Part shown: piece by piece, positions 19,354 to 30,000 of the stretch | How the letters are laid out: each line of letters opens with the position of its first letter | Numbering within the stretch: the first letter of the stretch is position 1 | Source of the DNA: a virus | Taxonomy: Duplodnaviria; Caudoviricetes | Reading direction: 5' to 3' (one strand) | IMG/VR virus record: IMGVR_UViG_3300029288_000143 | Coordinates: 14,068 to 78,067 of that record | DNA length: 64,000 bases | Notes under the pieces: generated by a model | Database searches by the model: none | What the model was told of the DNA's origin: nothing | The model's input: the letters and a program-made list of their open reading frames with translations, nothing else | Program-made: the position numbers and the translations under genes

Positions 19354-19610
19354 TCTGCCACACACCTGCTTTGCCATGTCGTACTCCTCAGATCCAAACG
19401 ATCGACTGAGAAATATTTTAGCAATAATTTTATTGCTTTACCTAGTTTATTGGTTCTGGAGTTACTTCCCGAAGCACCAATCACGTTAATTTTGGGTATA
19501 CGACGAGTACACGAAACAATTCGGGCAAGCAGATCCCACGGCTCCGCTGGTCAAATACCTTCAGACTCTCAAATCGTTCGAGAAGTAACAACTGCAGCAC
19601 ACTTTTCCGC

Positions 19611-19639
19611 TTGACATTCCCACCGTTCCCTGCTATGTT
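19611..19639 (+). promoter_or_regulatory. sigma70-type promoter, leaderless transcript
   Basis: TTGACA-17-TATGTT-6-ATG(19646). Confidence 0.75.
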
Positions 19640-19645
19640 GCTAGT

Positions 19646-20119
19646 ATGCCAGCCAAATCCTACTACGCATTTGCCTTTGGCAAAGCCGATTTCGAAAACA
19701 ATATTTTAGTTCCTCTGAGTGCTGCGTTCCGTCATTTCTGCATGGCAGAATGGTGTAAAGCGCTCGGCACTACACACAAGTTTTTCGATCACTGGTCGGC
19801 AGAAGTCGACAATCTCACCGACACTTACCTGGAAGCTGTCGTGCAGCCAACGACGCTGCAGCCGGCTGGCAGAATTAAAGTTTATCTCCGCGTAGTTGCC
19901 CGGCTGCGCGATCAAGACGAGCACTTGCAGAACCTGGCGTTCCAGCACTATTGCAAGTCATTTCCAGAACAGCATCCGAAAACTACACGGCTGCCCAAAG
20001 TCGTGATCGACGCATTCTGGCACGACATCCATCTCCGCACCAAAGCTGCACTCGTCGACACCCGGCAGACAGGGCGCATTTGGCTATTCGAGTCTGTTTT
20101 CAGCCCGATTTCCGCTTGA
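19646..20119 (+). CDS. Early hypothetical protein, paralogue A
   Basis: FAF.K..FEN..LVPL.AAFRH.C...WC...GTT....DHW.AEV.NLT shared with the next gene. Confidence 0.8.
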   Translation: MPAKSYYAFAFGKADFENNILVPLSAAFRHFCMAEWCKALGTTHKFFDHWSAEVDNLTDTYLEAVVQPTTLQPAGRIKVYLRVVARLRDQDEHLQNLAFQHYCKSFPEQHPKTTRLPKVVIDAFWHDIHLRTKAALVDTRQTGRIWLFESVFSPISA

Positions 20120-20144
20120 CATTCCCACCGTTCTCTGCTACTCT
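20116..20144 (+). promoter_or_regulatory. sigma70-type promoter, leaderless transcript (duplicate of 19611)
   Basis: TTGACA-17-TACTCT-6-ATG(20151); TTCCGCTTGACATTCCCACCGTTC identical to the upstream copy. Confidence 0.75.
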
Positions 20145-20150
20145 GGCTAT

Positions 20151-20630
20151 ATGACTACTGTATGCCGTATTGGCTTCGCATTCTCAAAAACTGAACTCGA
20201 GAACCAGATGTTGGTCCCGCTGCGCGCCGCATTCCGCCACTATTGTTTGGTCGCGTGGTGTCGGCTACAGGGCACCACATATCAGTACTACGACCACTGG
20301 CAGGCGGAGGTTGTGAATCTTACTGCAGCGTTTTTCGATGCGCTGACGACGCCTTCAACACTTAAACCTGCCGGTAGAATTAGAGCATACGAGCACGTCG
20401 TCGCAGGAATCCGAGATAATACGATTGTGTTCGAGGAAGCAGCACGCGACCACTATTTGGACGCCTTTCCCGAGCAAGAAGACAAGATTAAGAACAAGCG
20501 TTTGGACAAAGCTACATTGGATAAATTCTGGATTTTATTGAACGCGCGTGCGAAAAAGAACCTCGTCGCGAACAAACTCGTGGGCAAACGCTGGCAGTTC
20601 GAATCAGTTTTTGGTCCTATCGACGCTTAG
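20151..20630 (+). CDS. Early hypothetical protein, paralogue B
   Basis: Full-length similarity to 19646..20119, including the W.FESVF.PI.A end. Confidence 0.8.
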   Translation: MTTVCRIGFAFSKTELENQMLVPLRAAFRHYCLVAWCRLQGTTYQYYDHWQAEVVNLTAAFFDALTTPSTLKPAGRIRAYEHVVAGIRDNTIVFEEAARDHYLDAFPEQEDKIKNKRLDKATLDKFWILLNARAKKNLVANKLVGKRWQFESVFGPIDA

Positions 20631-20735
20631 TTTCTTGCTAGCCGATTTTTCCTACCCTACAACCACGCCACTTTCCCACGTCTCCTGCATAAAAATGGCT
20701 CCGGCTGCCCTTTTCCCGTGACACAGCAGTAAAAG

Positions 20736-20753
20736 CACGTTATACTTTAGTAA
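20736..20753 (+). promoter_or_regulatory. Putative phage late promoter
   Basis: CACGTTAtacttTAGTAA. Confidence 0.55.
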
Positions 20754-20771
20754 CCACCGCGGTGATTCCCC

Positions 20772-22361
20772 GTGGTTACTACCAAAGGACGCCTCATGCT
20801 GTGGAATAAAGCCAAGTTTGATTTCGCCGTCACGACGCTTAAATCCCATACTTCCATTGAAAGCGTCTGCGCCATTCTTTCCAAGAGGTGGAGAGAAACC
20901 ATCTCACCAAACGCACTGCGCCGCGCGTTTCGCCGCGAAAAGCTCAAGCAGCCCCAGAGCTACTTGAAAAACGAAAAGTCCTTGGGACCTGAATGCCAGG
21001 GCAAGGTTGCGAAAAAGAATTTTGTTGTCTGGGATGCCGGCGTAATCAAAACTACAATCGAAGTGTTGAAGCGCCACGGCACATTGGCACCGGCTTGTGC
21101 GGAATTAGCCGAATTGTTCAAGCTACCGGTGAACAAATACTCCATGGCGCGGGGCTTCCAGCGCCTGGGGCTAAAGCCTCCAGCGAGTTTCTTAGATCCG
21201 CACAAAAACATTGAAGCTCGGCACGAACAAGCCCGCCGAGCCGGAAATGCGTTCGCCCGAAACGTCGAGGCGAAGAAACTGGGGACCAGAGCGGGGATCG
21301 GGAAGATTGAGATGCCGGAGTGGACCCTTGGTGAAGACGAAGAAGGCCGAGCGGTTAAGCCGCCAAAAATTGGCTTAAACCTAGACGAAGGGCAACGCCG
21401 ATTATTCCTAAGCACAGTACAACGAGGGCCTAGAACGATCAATGAACTAGCAGACCAGTTTGACGTTTCGCCCAAAACCATTAGAAGTATTTTTGAATCA
21501 CTACAAGGTCAAGGGTATACACTAGCCCTAGAGCACGATCAGGTTATAAGTTTTAACTCTAACGCAGAAAACAGCATAGAAAACGCGAAAGAAATTCCAG
21601 ACTACGCCGGAGAGGACGGAGTTTTCTGTTTCGGCGCTGTGGCTGATACACATTTTGGCTCCAAATATTGTGACGAGCAAGCGTTTAAAGATTACGTTGA
21701 TTACGCCTACTCACTAGGTGTTAGAACTATACTGCACGCAGGCGACTTGATGACTGGTTTGCTTAACCACCACGGTATGTCATACGAGGTAAAATTATTA
21801 GGTTTTGACGAGCAGGTAGAGCATACCCTCAACTCTCTACCGCAGAGAGAAAGTCTATCTTATTGGTATATTATCGGGAACCACGAGCAAAATTCCTGGG
21901 CAAAATCAATAGGTTACTCGCCTGGACGCGCCTTAGAGCGCCGCGCCCGCGAGCTAGGACGCACCGATATACACTATATAGGTGATATACAAGGCAGAGT
22001 GGTATTCGGACAAGAAGAACAAGCTATTAAGGTCGAGCTGGCGCACCCCAAAGTCAGCGGAAGCACATATGCAATTTCATATCCGGTACAAAAATGGGTA
22101 GAACGCATGCCTGGAGGGGCAAAGCCGCATATACTTTTGTCAGGCCATCTTCACAACTACTCTATCATAAATACACGAAATGTAGTTTGTATCCAGCCAG
22201 GGTGCTTTGAGCATTCCACTCCATACACTAAAGAAATGGGCTTGCACCCCGCCGTTGGAGGAGTTATTGTTTGGGCTAAGCGAGACGGCGTAAACTTATG
22301 GCTTCGTAGTGAGTGGGTAGCAACCCGCACCAAACCTGTAGACTGGACCCAGATCGAATGA
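20772..22361 (+). CDS. Calcineurin-like metallophosphoesterase with N-terminal HTH-like modules
   Basis: ADTHFGS, HAGDLMTG, IIGNHE, LAHP, LSGHLH motifs; RTINELADQFDVSPKTIRS HTH. Confidence 0.8.
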   Translation: MVTTKGRLMLWNKAKFDFAVTTLKSHTSIESVCAILSKRWRETISPNALRRAFRREKLKQPQSYLKNEKSLGPECQGKVAKKNFVVWDAGVIKTTIEVLKRHGTLAPACAELAELFKLPVNKYSMARGFQRLGLKPPASFLDPHKNIEARHEQARRAGNAFARNVEAKKLGTRAGIGKIEMPEWTLGEDEEGRAVKPPKIGLNLDEGQRRLFLSTVQRGPRTINELADQFDVSPKTIRSIFESLQGQGYTLALEHDQVISFNSNAENSIENAKEIPDYAGEDGVFCFGAVADTHFGSKYCDEQAFKDYVDYAYSLGVRTILHAGDLMTGLLNHHGMSYEVKLLGFDEQVEHTLNSLPQRESLSYWYIIGNHEQNSWAKSIGYSPGRALERRARELGRTDIHYIGDIQGRVVFGQEEQAIKVELAHPKVSGSTYAISYPVQKWVERMPGGAKPHILLSGHLHNYSIINTRNVVCIQPGCFEHSTPYTKEMGLHPAVGGVIVWAKRDGVNLWLRSEWVATRTKPVDWTQIE

Positions 22362-22375
22362 CTCGCGGGTGACTT

Positions 22376-23134
22376 ATGTTGCTTTCGGGCGTGTACAAGA
22401 TTCAAAATACAGTTAATGGCAAACAGTACATAGGTAGTTCTGTGAATATACGAGAACGCTGGCAAGACCACGAAAGAAACCTGCGTGCCGGTACGCACGC
22501 TAACGCCAGGCTGCAACACGCCTGGAATAAATATGGGGCAGACGCGTTTATATTTTCTATCATAGAGCTAGTCTCTCCAACCAAAGATGCTTTAATTGCA
22601 CGCGAGCAAGCGTGGATAGATTTGCACAATACTGCTCATCGGGATGTTGGGTACAATATAAGTCCGACGGCAGGATCTTCTCTGGGCACCAAATTTTCTG
22701 CGGAAACTTGTGCGCGCATGAGTAAAGCACAAAAGGGCAAAGTGCTCACGGAAGAGCACAAAAGAAAGATAGGCGCAGCGGCAAAAGGCAGAAAAGCGTC
22801 GGACGAAACTAAAATAAAGATTGGAAACGGTAGTCGAGGCAGAAAGCACACAGAGGAATGTAAAGCTAGAATCGGAGCTGCGTCCGCTGCTTGGACACGT
22901 GGGCCTGTATCGGACGAGACGCGCGCCAAACAAAGTGTAACGCGAAGAGCGAAACGATTGGGACATGGCGCCTCTAATGGCAGGGCAAAATTAACAGAAG
23001 AACAAGTGATTGAGATCCGCAGACTTTACGCCACACGCGAATACACCAACGTTCAAATAGCGCAGCTTTTTGGCGTGTGCAAATCCACCATAGGCAGGAT
23101 AGTACAGGGTAAACACTGGATTTTTGTAGCTTAA
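22376..23134 (+). CDS. GIY-YIG homing endonuclease with NUMOD3 repeats and C-terminal HTH
   Basis: SGVYKIQNTVNGKQYIGSS, REQAWID, GYNISPTAGS, SEETKxKIS-type repeats, AKLTEEQVIEIR. Confidence 0.9.
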   Translation: MLLSGVYKIQNTVNGKQYIGSSVNIRERWQDHERNLRAGTHANARLQHAWNKYGADAFIFSIIELVSPTKDALIAREQAWIDLHNTAHRDVGYNISPTAGSSLGTKFSAETCARMSKAQKGKVLTEEHKRKIGAAAKGRKASDETKIKIGNGSRGRKHTEECKARIGAASAAWTRGPVSDETRAKQSVTRRAKRLGHGASNGRAKLTEEQVIEIRRLYATREYTNVQIAQLFGVCKSTIGRIVQGKHWIFVA

Positions 23135-23284
23135 AATTGTGCGGTATTAATTAATGCACGCTGGCAAGATAAAGTATCGAATTCTTTCATTCATAATTTA
23201 AACTTTTATGCCTTCCTTTTGTGCTCCATGCCAGTAAATTTTGTAAAACAATAGGGAAGAATTTACCTGCTTCCACGGTAGACT

Positions 23285-23638
23285 ATGCTCGTCGACCTCC
23301 TCCACGACTTATTCCTAGATCTTGACGATATGGAATTTTTCCTTGACGCCTATTCCAATGACTACGAAGAGACGCTAGCTAAAATAGAACTATGTGAAAC
23401 TACACGCGAATTAATTTATTTACTTCAGCGCTATCCTGTTTTGGTCGTAGCGTGCATTGCACACCTCGAAGTAATTCTAGCGCGACCCTACGATGAAACC
23501 GCGCAAGATCTTCCTTGTCTTGTGCTCCTCCATGTGCTATATAAAGTGCAGAGCGCAGCGCTGGAGCCTGCAGTAAAACTGTTTGTAGGAAAACAACACC
23601 GCCACGCTGACCGCTTTATCGCCGATCTCGGCTATTGA
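23285..23638 (+). CDS. Hypothetical helical protein
   Basis: 117-aa ORF in operon orientation. Confidence 0.55.
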   Translation: MLVDLLHDLFLDLDDMEFFLDAYSNDYEETLAKIELCETTRELIYLLQRYPVLVVACIAHLEVILARPYDETAQDLPCLVLLHVLYKVQSAALEPAVKLFVGKQHRHADRFIADLGY

Positions 23639-23645
23639 GGTAAAC

Positions 23646-23996
23646 TTGGATTTCATCAAGCTGGCAAACGAGATCGGCGAACTCGTACAAGAGAAGAACC
23701 AAGTCTACGGCGATTCGTTCGCGCGTGCTGGTGAAATTCTGAAAATTCTATACCCCAGGGGTATTGAACCTTCGCAGTACAGAGATGTCCTGGCTATCAC
23801 GCGCATCCTGGACAAGTTGTTTCGCATCGCTACAGCTCGTGATGCCCTGGGCGAATCCCCGTACCGAGATCTCATGGGCTACGCCCTCTTGGGTCTCGCG
23901 AACGCCGAAGCAAAACAAGAGACAACCACACCTGCGGAACAATTTAAACGCGACCTTGCCGACGTAAGACAGCAACGTAAAAAGCCCGCCATTTAG
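23646..23996 (+). CDS. MazG-like nucleotide pyrophosphohydrolase family (Nmad1/DUF1599-like)
   Basis: EKNQVYGDSF...RILDKLFRIA...ESPYRDLMGYALL; TTG start with GAGGT SD. Confidence 0.7.
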   Translation: MDFIKLANEIGELVQEKNQVYGDSFARAGEILKILYPRGIEPSQYRDVLAITRILDKLFRIATARDALGESPYRDLMGYALLGLANAEAKQETTTPAEQFKRDLADVRQQRKKPAI

Positions 23997-24054
23997 CTGT
24001 TTTGACCACTTTTATACCTACCTGAAAAAATCGACATTCCCGATTAATTTTTTC

Positions 24055-24083
24055 TTGACTTCATAAATAATCTGTTCTATAGT
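24055..24083 (+). promoter_or_regulatory. sigma70-type promoter
   Basis: TTGACT-17-TATAGT. Confidence 0.7.
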
Positions 24084-24126
24084 GACGTCATACACAATTC
24101 GCGCGCTTTTCTGCGCTTGGAGCATC

Positions 24127-25014
24127 ATGCCGTTATCCGACGTCACCAAACAGGACTTTCTACAACGCAACATAATTGATAATCCCGGACTCAAACGCTA
24201 TATTGGTTCGTTGGCCAAGCAGCGCTTGCGTTTCGTCTGGGGCAACGACCGGGCTATCGAGCGCGAGGACATCGAAGCCGAACTCATGCTCAAGGCTGTG
24301 GAGGCCGCGAGGAAATGCGAGGCCAAAGGGATCGATGGCCGACACTGTACCAATACTCTGAGAGTCGCGGTAACGAATCACAGCTTGAATCTAGCGACAC
24401 GCTTCGGGTCAAAGGCACGCAACCCCCTGACGCGTGTCAGTAAGGCCGACAAATTCCGAACTGCCTGGTGGACAGATTTGGAAGCGAATTCAGTAATTCA
24501 GGTCATGGTCTCGACTCACCCCCGCCACCGCAAAAATAAATACATCCTGACGTGCAATACTAATTCTGGCCTACAGCAGTATTGCCACGTGAACCGCCTT
24601 TTCGATACTGAAGAAGATGCACGCAAAAGTCTAAAACGCTATCGCGTCTTAGGCGATGGCAAGCGCAAAGCCGTCGTAGATCTCACTGTCGATATGGACG
24701 ATTTCCAGCCCACAACCAAATCATTTGATCTCCCGACCTCGCAGGATGGCGAAACTACTTTGTACAATTTCGTCGGCGGCAAAAAAGACAAAAGCACCGA
24801 AATAGAATTAAACAAAATACGCAATCCGAAAACCCGTGCTTGTTGCGCTCTGGCGCTGGGTTGTGGGGACTACGAGACCTTCCGGGTTTGGGCACAGCAG
24901 CACGGCTGCGATATCGGAACTACCACGTATCGTGAATTCCTACGGCTCGCCATGGAGTTCTGCGGGGTGGAAAAAGAAGATCTAGAGCGTGCCTTGACCA
25001 AATTCCGCCAGTAG
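24127..25014 (+). CDS. Phage sigma-factor-like protein
   Basis: Region-2-like IEREDIEAELMLKAVEAARK...TLRVAVTNHSLNL and SFDLPTSQDGETTL. ATG 24127 chosen because GTG 24082 lies inside the -10 box. Confidence 0.55.
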   Translation: MPLSDVTKQDFLQRNIIDNPGLKRYIGSLAKQRLRFVWGNDRAIEREDIEAELMLKAVEAARKCEAKGIDGRHCTNTLRVAVTNHSLNLATRFGSKARNPLTRVSKADKFRTAWWTDLEANSVIQVMVSTHPRHRKNKYILTCNTNSGLQQYCHVNRLFDTEEDARKSLKRYRVLGDGKRKAVVDLTVDMDDFQPTTKSFDLPTSQDGETTLYNFVGGKKDKSTEIELNKIRNPKTRACCALALGCGDYETFRVWAQQHGCDIGTTTYREFLRLAMEFCGVEKEDLERALTKFRQ

Positions 25015-25017
25015 CGC

Positions 25018-25046
25018 TTGACTTTCACCCGTCTGTACAGTAAACT
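25018..25046 (+). promoter_or_regulatory. sigma70-type promoter
   Basis: TTGACT-17-TAAACT. Confidence 0.65.
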
Positions 25047-25067
25047 CCTACTATTGCAGTAGGAGCA

Positions 25068-25655
25068 GTGATGCCAAATAATTCTTTCTGGTCTAACGAA
25101 CTAGTACAAACCGGCCCAGACACCTGGGAGGTCCGCTACGGCAAACACCAAGGCCAGCGGCAAAAGGTCTCCGCAGCCAGAAACAGGGAGGCCGGCGTCA
25201 AACCCGCGCAGCACAACCGCGTCAGGGTATACAAGTATTTCCTGGACCGTAGACACAAAACCATTACAGACGCCCAGGGTAATGTAGTAGCACGGCGCGT
25301 TACTATTACTCAAGGCAAAAAACTCATGGGGCACAAGCAAACGCTCGTACGCTTCATGATGGATGGATTGGAATGGGCCGGGCGTACGGTGCTGGGCGGT
25401 AAGAACGCGTTGGTGCTTCGCCCAGGCCGACGGAAAATTGCCAAGTGCCCATGCGGTAAAACGTTGAAATCGGATAATGCCACAGGGCTCTGCCGTGAGT
25501 GCAGGAAAAAAGAAACTCAGAGCAAAAATAAAACCTGCACAGAATGCGGCAAGGCCATCAGAGACCAAAATGTGACAGGTCTGTGTGCAAAACATTACCG
25601 AGAGTCGAAGCACGCAGCAGAGCAAAAGCGTAATTTCAACCCCTTTGCACCGTAA
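25068..25655 (+). CDS. Basic protein with two C-terminal Zn-finger repeats
   Basis: CPCG...TGLCREC and CTECG...TGLCAKH; AGGAG SD. Confidence 0.7.
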   Translation: MMPNNSFWSNELVQTGPDTWEVRYGKHQGQRQKVSAARNREAGVKPAQHNRVRVYKYFLDRRHKTITDAQGNVVARRVTITQGKKLMGHKQTLVRFMMDGLEWAGRTVLGGKNALVLRPGRRKIAKCPCGKTLKSDNATGLCRECRKKETQSKNKTCTECGKAIRDQNVTGLCAKHYRESKHAAEQKRNFNPFAP

Positions 25656-25663
25656 CGAATTTT

Positions 25664-25681
25664 CACCTTAAATTGTAATAG
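25664..25681 (+). promoter_or_regulatory. Putative phage late promoter
   Basis: CACCTTAaattgTAATAG. Confidence 0.55.
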
Positions 25682-25714
25682 CGGCTTTCCGCCCACCAGG
25701 GCGAAGCCCTGCTT

Positions 25715-26698
25715 ATGATCCAAACTCGACCCTCCCCACAATTTATTCGTATCGACCCCATGAGCGAAACTGCGCTCTCAGGGCTCGCGGAGCGCGACAT
25801 CACGCGCTACCTCGAGGTCGTGAAGCTCACGTTGCAGCGCTTCATGGAAGAGTGTCTGGGCAAGGAAGGTCAGTTCCGGGAATTCTTCGACCGCTTCGCC
25901 AGTTTCACCACGGGTTTCATCGTAAATGAAACTCTGGACCGAGACCCCAATAAGCGGCATCTACAAATAGCCAGATATTTCGACGACATTCAAGAGCGCC
26001 CGCCACAGATTTTCATCCAGGACAATGGGTATAATTACCAGCCGTCCGGCTTAGGCGGAATTGACGATGGCTGGAATATGCGGAATGAACGCGGGCAACA
26101 AGTAATTCGTGTTGCAGACGTAGTGACGATCCCCTGCCAGATTACCTGCGCCGCGTTGTCTGAGCAGGACATCAACAACATGGCGGCATTTATTTCTGCG
26201 GCTTTCGGACAGTTTCAGCAGGAGATCTGCAAATATATCCTGAAGCCCAAGCCAAATCCGGACCGTCCTGCACACTGGGAAGTACGCCTACCCTTCACGT
26301 TCAAAGTCAGTCCCAAGAAACATGAATCTCTGCACGAGGACACTCGGCAACAACTCTGGTCCGTGACGGCCGACATGGACGTAGTGTTTGAAAACTCCGT
26401 CTACATGATCTACGCGAACCAACCCAAACTCGAGTTCACGGAAGGCACTCTGGGCGTTTCCGTGCCGTCAACTATCCGGTTGGGCCAGAACGTTCCCATT
26501 AACCTGACGAAACATCCCCCACGCTTCACCGTTTATACTGATGATCCGCGCGTAGCTGTGGTGCACAAAACCAATTTGACTTTCTCGCTGCAGCCCAGAC
26601 GCCCCGGCACCTGCACGTTGTTCGTCACCGCAGAAGATGGTGGGTCCAAAGGTCCCAGGATATTTTTCCAGCAGACCATTACGGTGGTTTCCAGATAA
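25715..26698 (+). CDS. Neck/tail-completion-like protein with C-terminal Ig-like domain
   Basis: Lies just before the sheath; PQIFIQDNG...VTIPCQITCAALSEQD; Ig-like end TDDPRVAVV...PGTCTLFVT. Confidence 0.55.
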   Translation: MIQTRPSPQFIRIDPMSETALSGLAERDITRYLEVVKLTLQRFMEECLGKEGQFREFFDRFASFTTGFIVNETLDRDPNKRHLQIARYFDDIQERPPQIFIQDNGYNYQPSGLGGIDDGWNMRNERGQQVIRVADVVTIPCQITCAALSEQDINNMAAFISAAFGQFQQEICKYILKPKPNPDRPAHWEVRLPFTFKVSPKKHESLHEDTRQQLWSVTADMDVVFENSVYMIYANQPKLEFTEGTLGVSVPSTIRLGQNVPINLTKHPPRFTVYTDDPRVAVVHKTNLTFSLQPRRPGTCTLFVTAEDGGSKGPRIFFQQTITVVSR

Positions 26699-26700
26699 TC

Positions 26701-26991
26701 ATGGATACAGATTTACAGAAAGAATATGGAGTTCTGTACACCAAAGTACTAGATATTTTGTACACAGCGGATTTAGCACAAACCCACAGTCCAGATCCAA
26801 ATGAATACTGGCCAGAAGTCGGTGAAATAATTCCTCGACTGCACCTGTGCGGATCTCCGGAAGAAGTCCATAGTCTAGTCTATCGAGTTTTTTGCCAATT
26901 ATTTAGCGATAAAATAGCTGGAGATTTTGATCGTTATCGTGCCCCGGCAGAACGAATTTTTGAAGCGTACATTTTATATCAGCCTGTCTAG
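26701..26991 (+). CDS. DUF1871/YugE-like small helical protein
   Basis: PDPNEYWPEVGEIIPRL...EEVHSLVYRVFCQLF; AT-rich insertion in the tail module. Confidence 0.55.
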   Translation: MDTDLQKEYGVLYTKVLDILYTADLAQTHSPDPNEYWPEVGEIIPRLHLCGSPEEVHSLVYRVFCQLFSDKIAGDFDRYRAPAERIFEAYILYQPV

Positions 26992-26997
26992 TAAATT

Positions 26998-27015
26998 CAC
27001 GTTAATATCTATTAG
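26998..27015 (+). promoter_or_regulatory. Putative phage late promoter (tail sheath operon)
   Basis: CACGTTAatatcTATTAG. Confidence 0.6.
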
Positions 27016-27081
27016 CAATTAGCTTCCTTTTGGGTGCAGTCAATAATTGCGCCCGATTTCTTGTAGTTTAAGGAGTTCAAC

Positions 27082-30000
27082 ATGGCAATCGGCGATATCC
27101 GGCTTACCAATTCGCGTTATGTGCGTCCCGGCGCTTACATTGGATTTGTGCCGCAGCCGTCCCCAGTTTCCCCGACGGGAAACCCACGCTATCCCTGCAT
27201 CGTGGGCCGTGGGTCGCGCCTCGCACGGGTTAACGCCGAGCAGCACGTGCGTGCTCGCGTGTACGGTGAGCAGCTCACATTCACGTCTACGGCGCCGTAC
27301 ATCGCGTACCTGGACAATAACGCCAATCCCGACAAGGGTTTGACGCAGGTTTACGACTCCTCGGGGCGTCCTGTGCCTTCCGACAAGTGGGCGTTCCTGG
27401 TGAATCTCTCGGCCTCGGGTTACTACAACCGCGTGCAGATTGATTCCACGACGTTCAACAAAAACGTCACGTATTACGTGGAATACCAGTCGGTAGACCG
27501 CGGCGTGCTCGACGAGATGATGTTCGACGGTGTTCGCGAGATGCTGCTCGTCGGCGATGCCGAGGGGCAGAATAAGTACGTAGAGTTCACGGACTATCGT
27601 GTGGTCACGTCGCTCGTGGGCTCCACCGTGGACCCGGACGCCTGCACGGCGGACACAGATAATACGTTCTACGCTAGCACCATCGTGCCGGCTGCACTAG
27701 TACCCGCTCCTGCTCCTGGCGCGGGTTCTGTCGCGCTAAACGCGGCCACCAATTACATTGGTGGGTATAACCGCAAATATGTGCTAGAGTGTGTGGCCGT
27801 CAACGGTGGTGTTTCAGCAGACTTTAGTCTAACTGTAACCAACTACTCCGGCGGTAACGCGCAGACGCCAAACGTGCCGTACGTCCCGGCAGCTACTACT
27901 TCTATTTTCCGGCGTATTTTCGCAGACCCGGCCACAGCGTTCTCGTTGTCCAACCCCGCGAGTGTTGGTGTGCTGTCTGGTTATCTGACCACCAACCCGC
28001 TTCCCAATTTCTTTGGGTCCGACGGAATCGTACTGGACATCGACGCGGCATTTATTGGCGGTGACGTAGGCATTACTTGGACTTGGATGGCGTATGGACC
28101 GGGCAAAGTTGAATTTGCTTCGGCACATGACAATACTAACCAATACTCGACTGTTCTAGACCCGGTGGAGCTTGGTGATATTGACCCTGCACTAGCGGCC
28201 ACCGCACAAACGTCGGGGGGTAAAATCACTGTTCATGCCGACACCGATTTTTCTGATACTTTGGACCGTAGCTATTTCCTGCACTGCAGCGCATCCGGCG
28301 GTGCGGTGCCTAATCGTACGGCCACCATCACTTGGGCAGGGTACAAGGAACTTCCGTACACCACCGGCTCCATCGGTCTCGTAGAGGGTACTCCGGCTTC
28401 GTACCAGCGGGTGCTGCTGGAAAACGGAATCTATCTGACGTTTGCATTCGGAACGTCACACAACCTGGTGGACACTACCAACGTGCTAGCTTCGCCGGCC
28501 GCGTCTACACTTTCTAGTGCTATCACGCTGGCCAATGAAATCCGTACTGAATACGGCGAGCACGACAATAACACCGGTGGTGCTTGGCATGTCGCGGGCT
28601 CTGGAGCGCACCAAATCGTGGCTGCGGCTTCAGCAGACCTCGCGACTCTGCGGACACTTGCGCTGGATATCCAGACCAAGTACTCGGCGCACCTCGCTGA
28701 CACAACTGAGCACGTCGTCGTTGATGCCATCTGGACTCTCGATACTGATCTGACCATCACGGCAGCGTCGGACCTGGCTGCGCTGGTCAATTTCCTGAAC
28801 GATGTGCGTACCAAGTATACTCGGCACGGCGTAGCCAACGGATTTGACCTGGCAGACACCTGGCGCGTTGATGCCAAGGCAGCGCGGCGTGAGTTTACGG
28901 GTAAAGACGACCGTACCGTTACCCTGACGTTCAGCGCTCCTGTGGCCGCGACGTCCGTGACCGCAACGTACACGTCGTCCACTCTCGAGGGCGGTTGGGC
29001 CACCGAAACCATTTCGGATTACAGCGACCCCTGGTTTGATCTCCCGGACAACATCCGGCTCATGGTCCGAAACCTTCAGGGTTTCACTTCGAACCCTGGC
29101 CCACCGCTGATTCCTAACACGCACGAGCGCTATGCGGCCAATGACGTCTTCACGTTCGCGACGCTCAACCACGATGAGATTGACTGGTCACTGGTAAATC
29201 GTGCGTCCGAGACCACGGATTCCTCAGATATTCGACAGGATACTCTCGGGACCATTACCGGTACTCCGCTGTATTTCTACCTCGTACTGCAGGAGACCCC
29301 AGAAACCGTGCTCAGGGTGAAGGACGCCGCTACCCTGCTGCCCATTTCTTACACCTGGATTTCTGATACTCCGTACATCGCATTTGCCTCCGATCCTACA
29401 GTCGATGTCATCGTGGATTACGAGTACCGCGGCAACGAGCCGGACCCCGGTAATGCTTACTACATTACGGCGAACCGTATCCGTATCGACTCGGGCTCTG
29501 AGAATGAGTACGAGATCCCGCGGCGCTTCCTGAATCATGATGCTTCTCGTCTGGGTCTGTACCCCGCGGAGACCAATAACCATCTCTGGCTCGGCAGCGA
29601 GACCATGTGGGATGCCCGTCCGTTCGGGATTTACTGTGTGCAGGTCAAGAGCGCAGCTGGCGACGATACCTTCACGACCACGGACTATCGACGGGGTATC
29701 GATGCGACCGAGACCTCCAATGCCATCACGGACGTAATTCCGCTGTCTCACTTCGCGGTTATTCCGTATGCCAAAACCTCGATCGAGAATATGAACAACC
29801 CCTTCGAGGCGAAAGAGCGCCTCCTGTGGGTCGGTGCGCAGGTTGGAACTCAGGTGGGTGACGAATCGACAGCCAATACCCTGGTGTATTACGCGCGTCG
29901 CACTCTTCAGTGTAGCCCAAGCTCTCCCGGCAAGGGCAACATCATTCTGATTGGTAACAACGAAGCTACCCGGACCTACGCCCTGGAAGACGGTTCAGCG

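Noticed and set aside
19260-19590. Small membrane ORF 19376..19489 (MSYSSDPNDRLRNILAIILLLYLVYWFWSYF...) and an in-frame continuation after TAA 19487 (FWVYDEYTKQFGQ...SFEK*)
   Set aside because: Several overlapping frames look partly protein-like, none has a clear SD, and the TAA lies in a late-promoter-like motif. It cannot be resolved without homologues.
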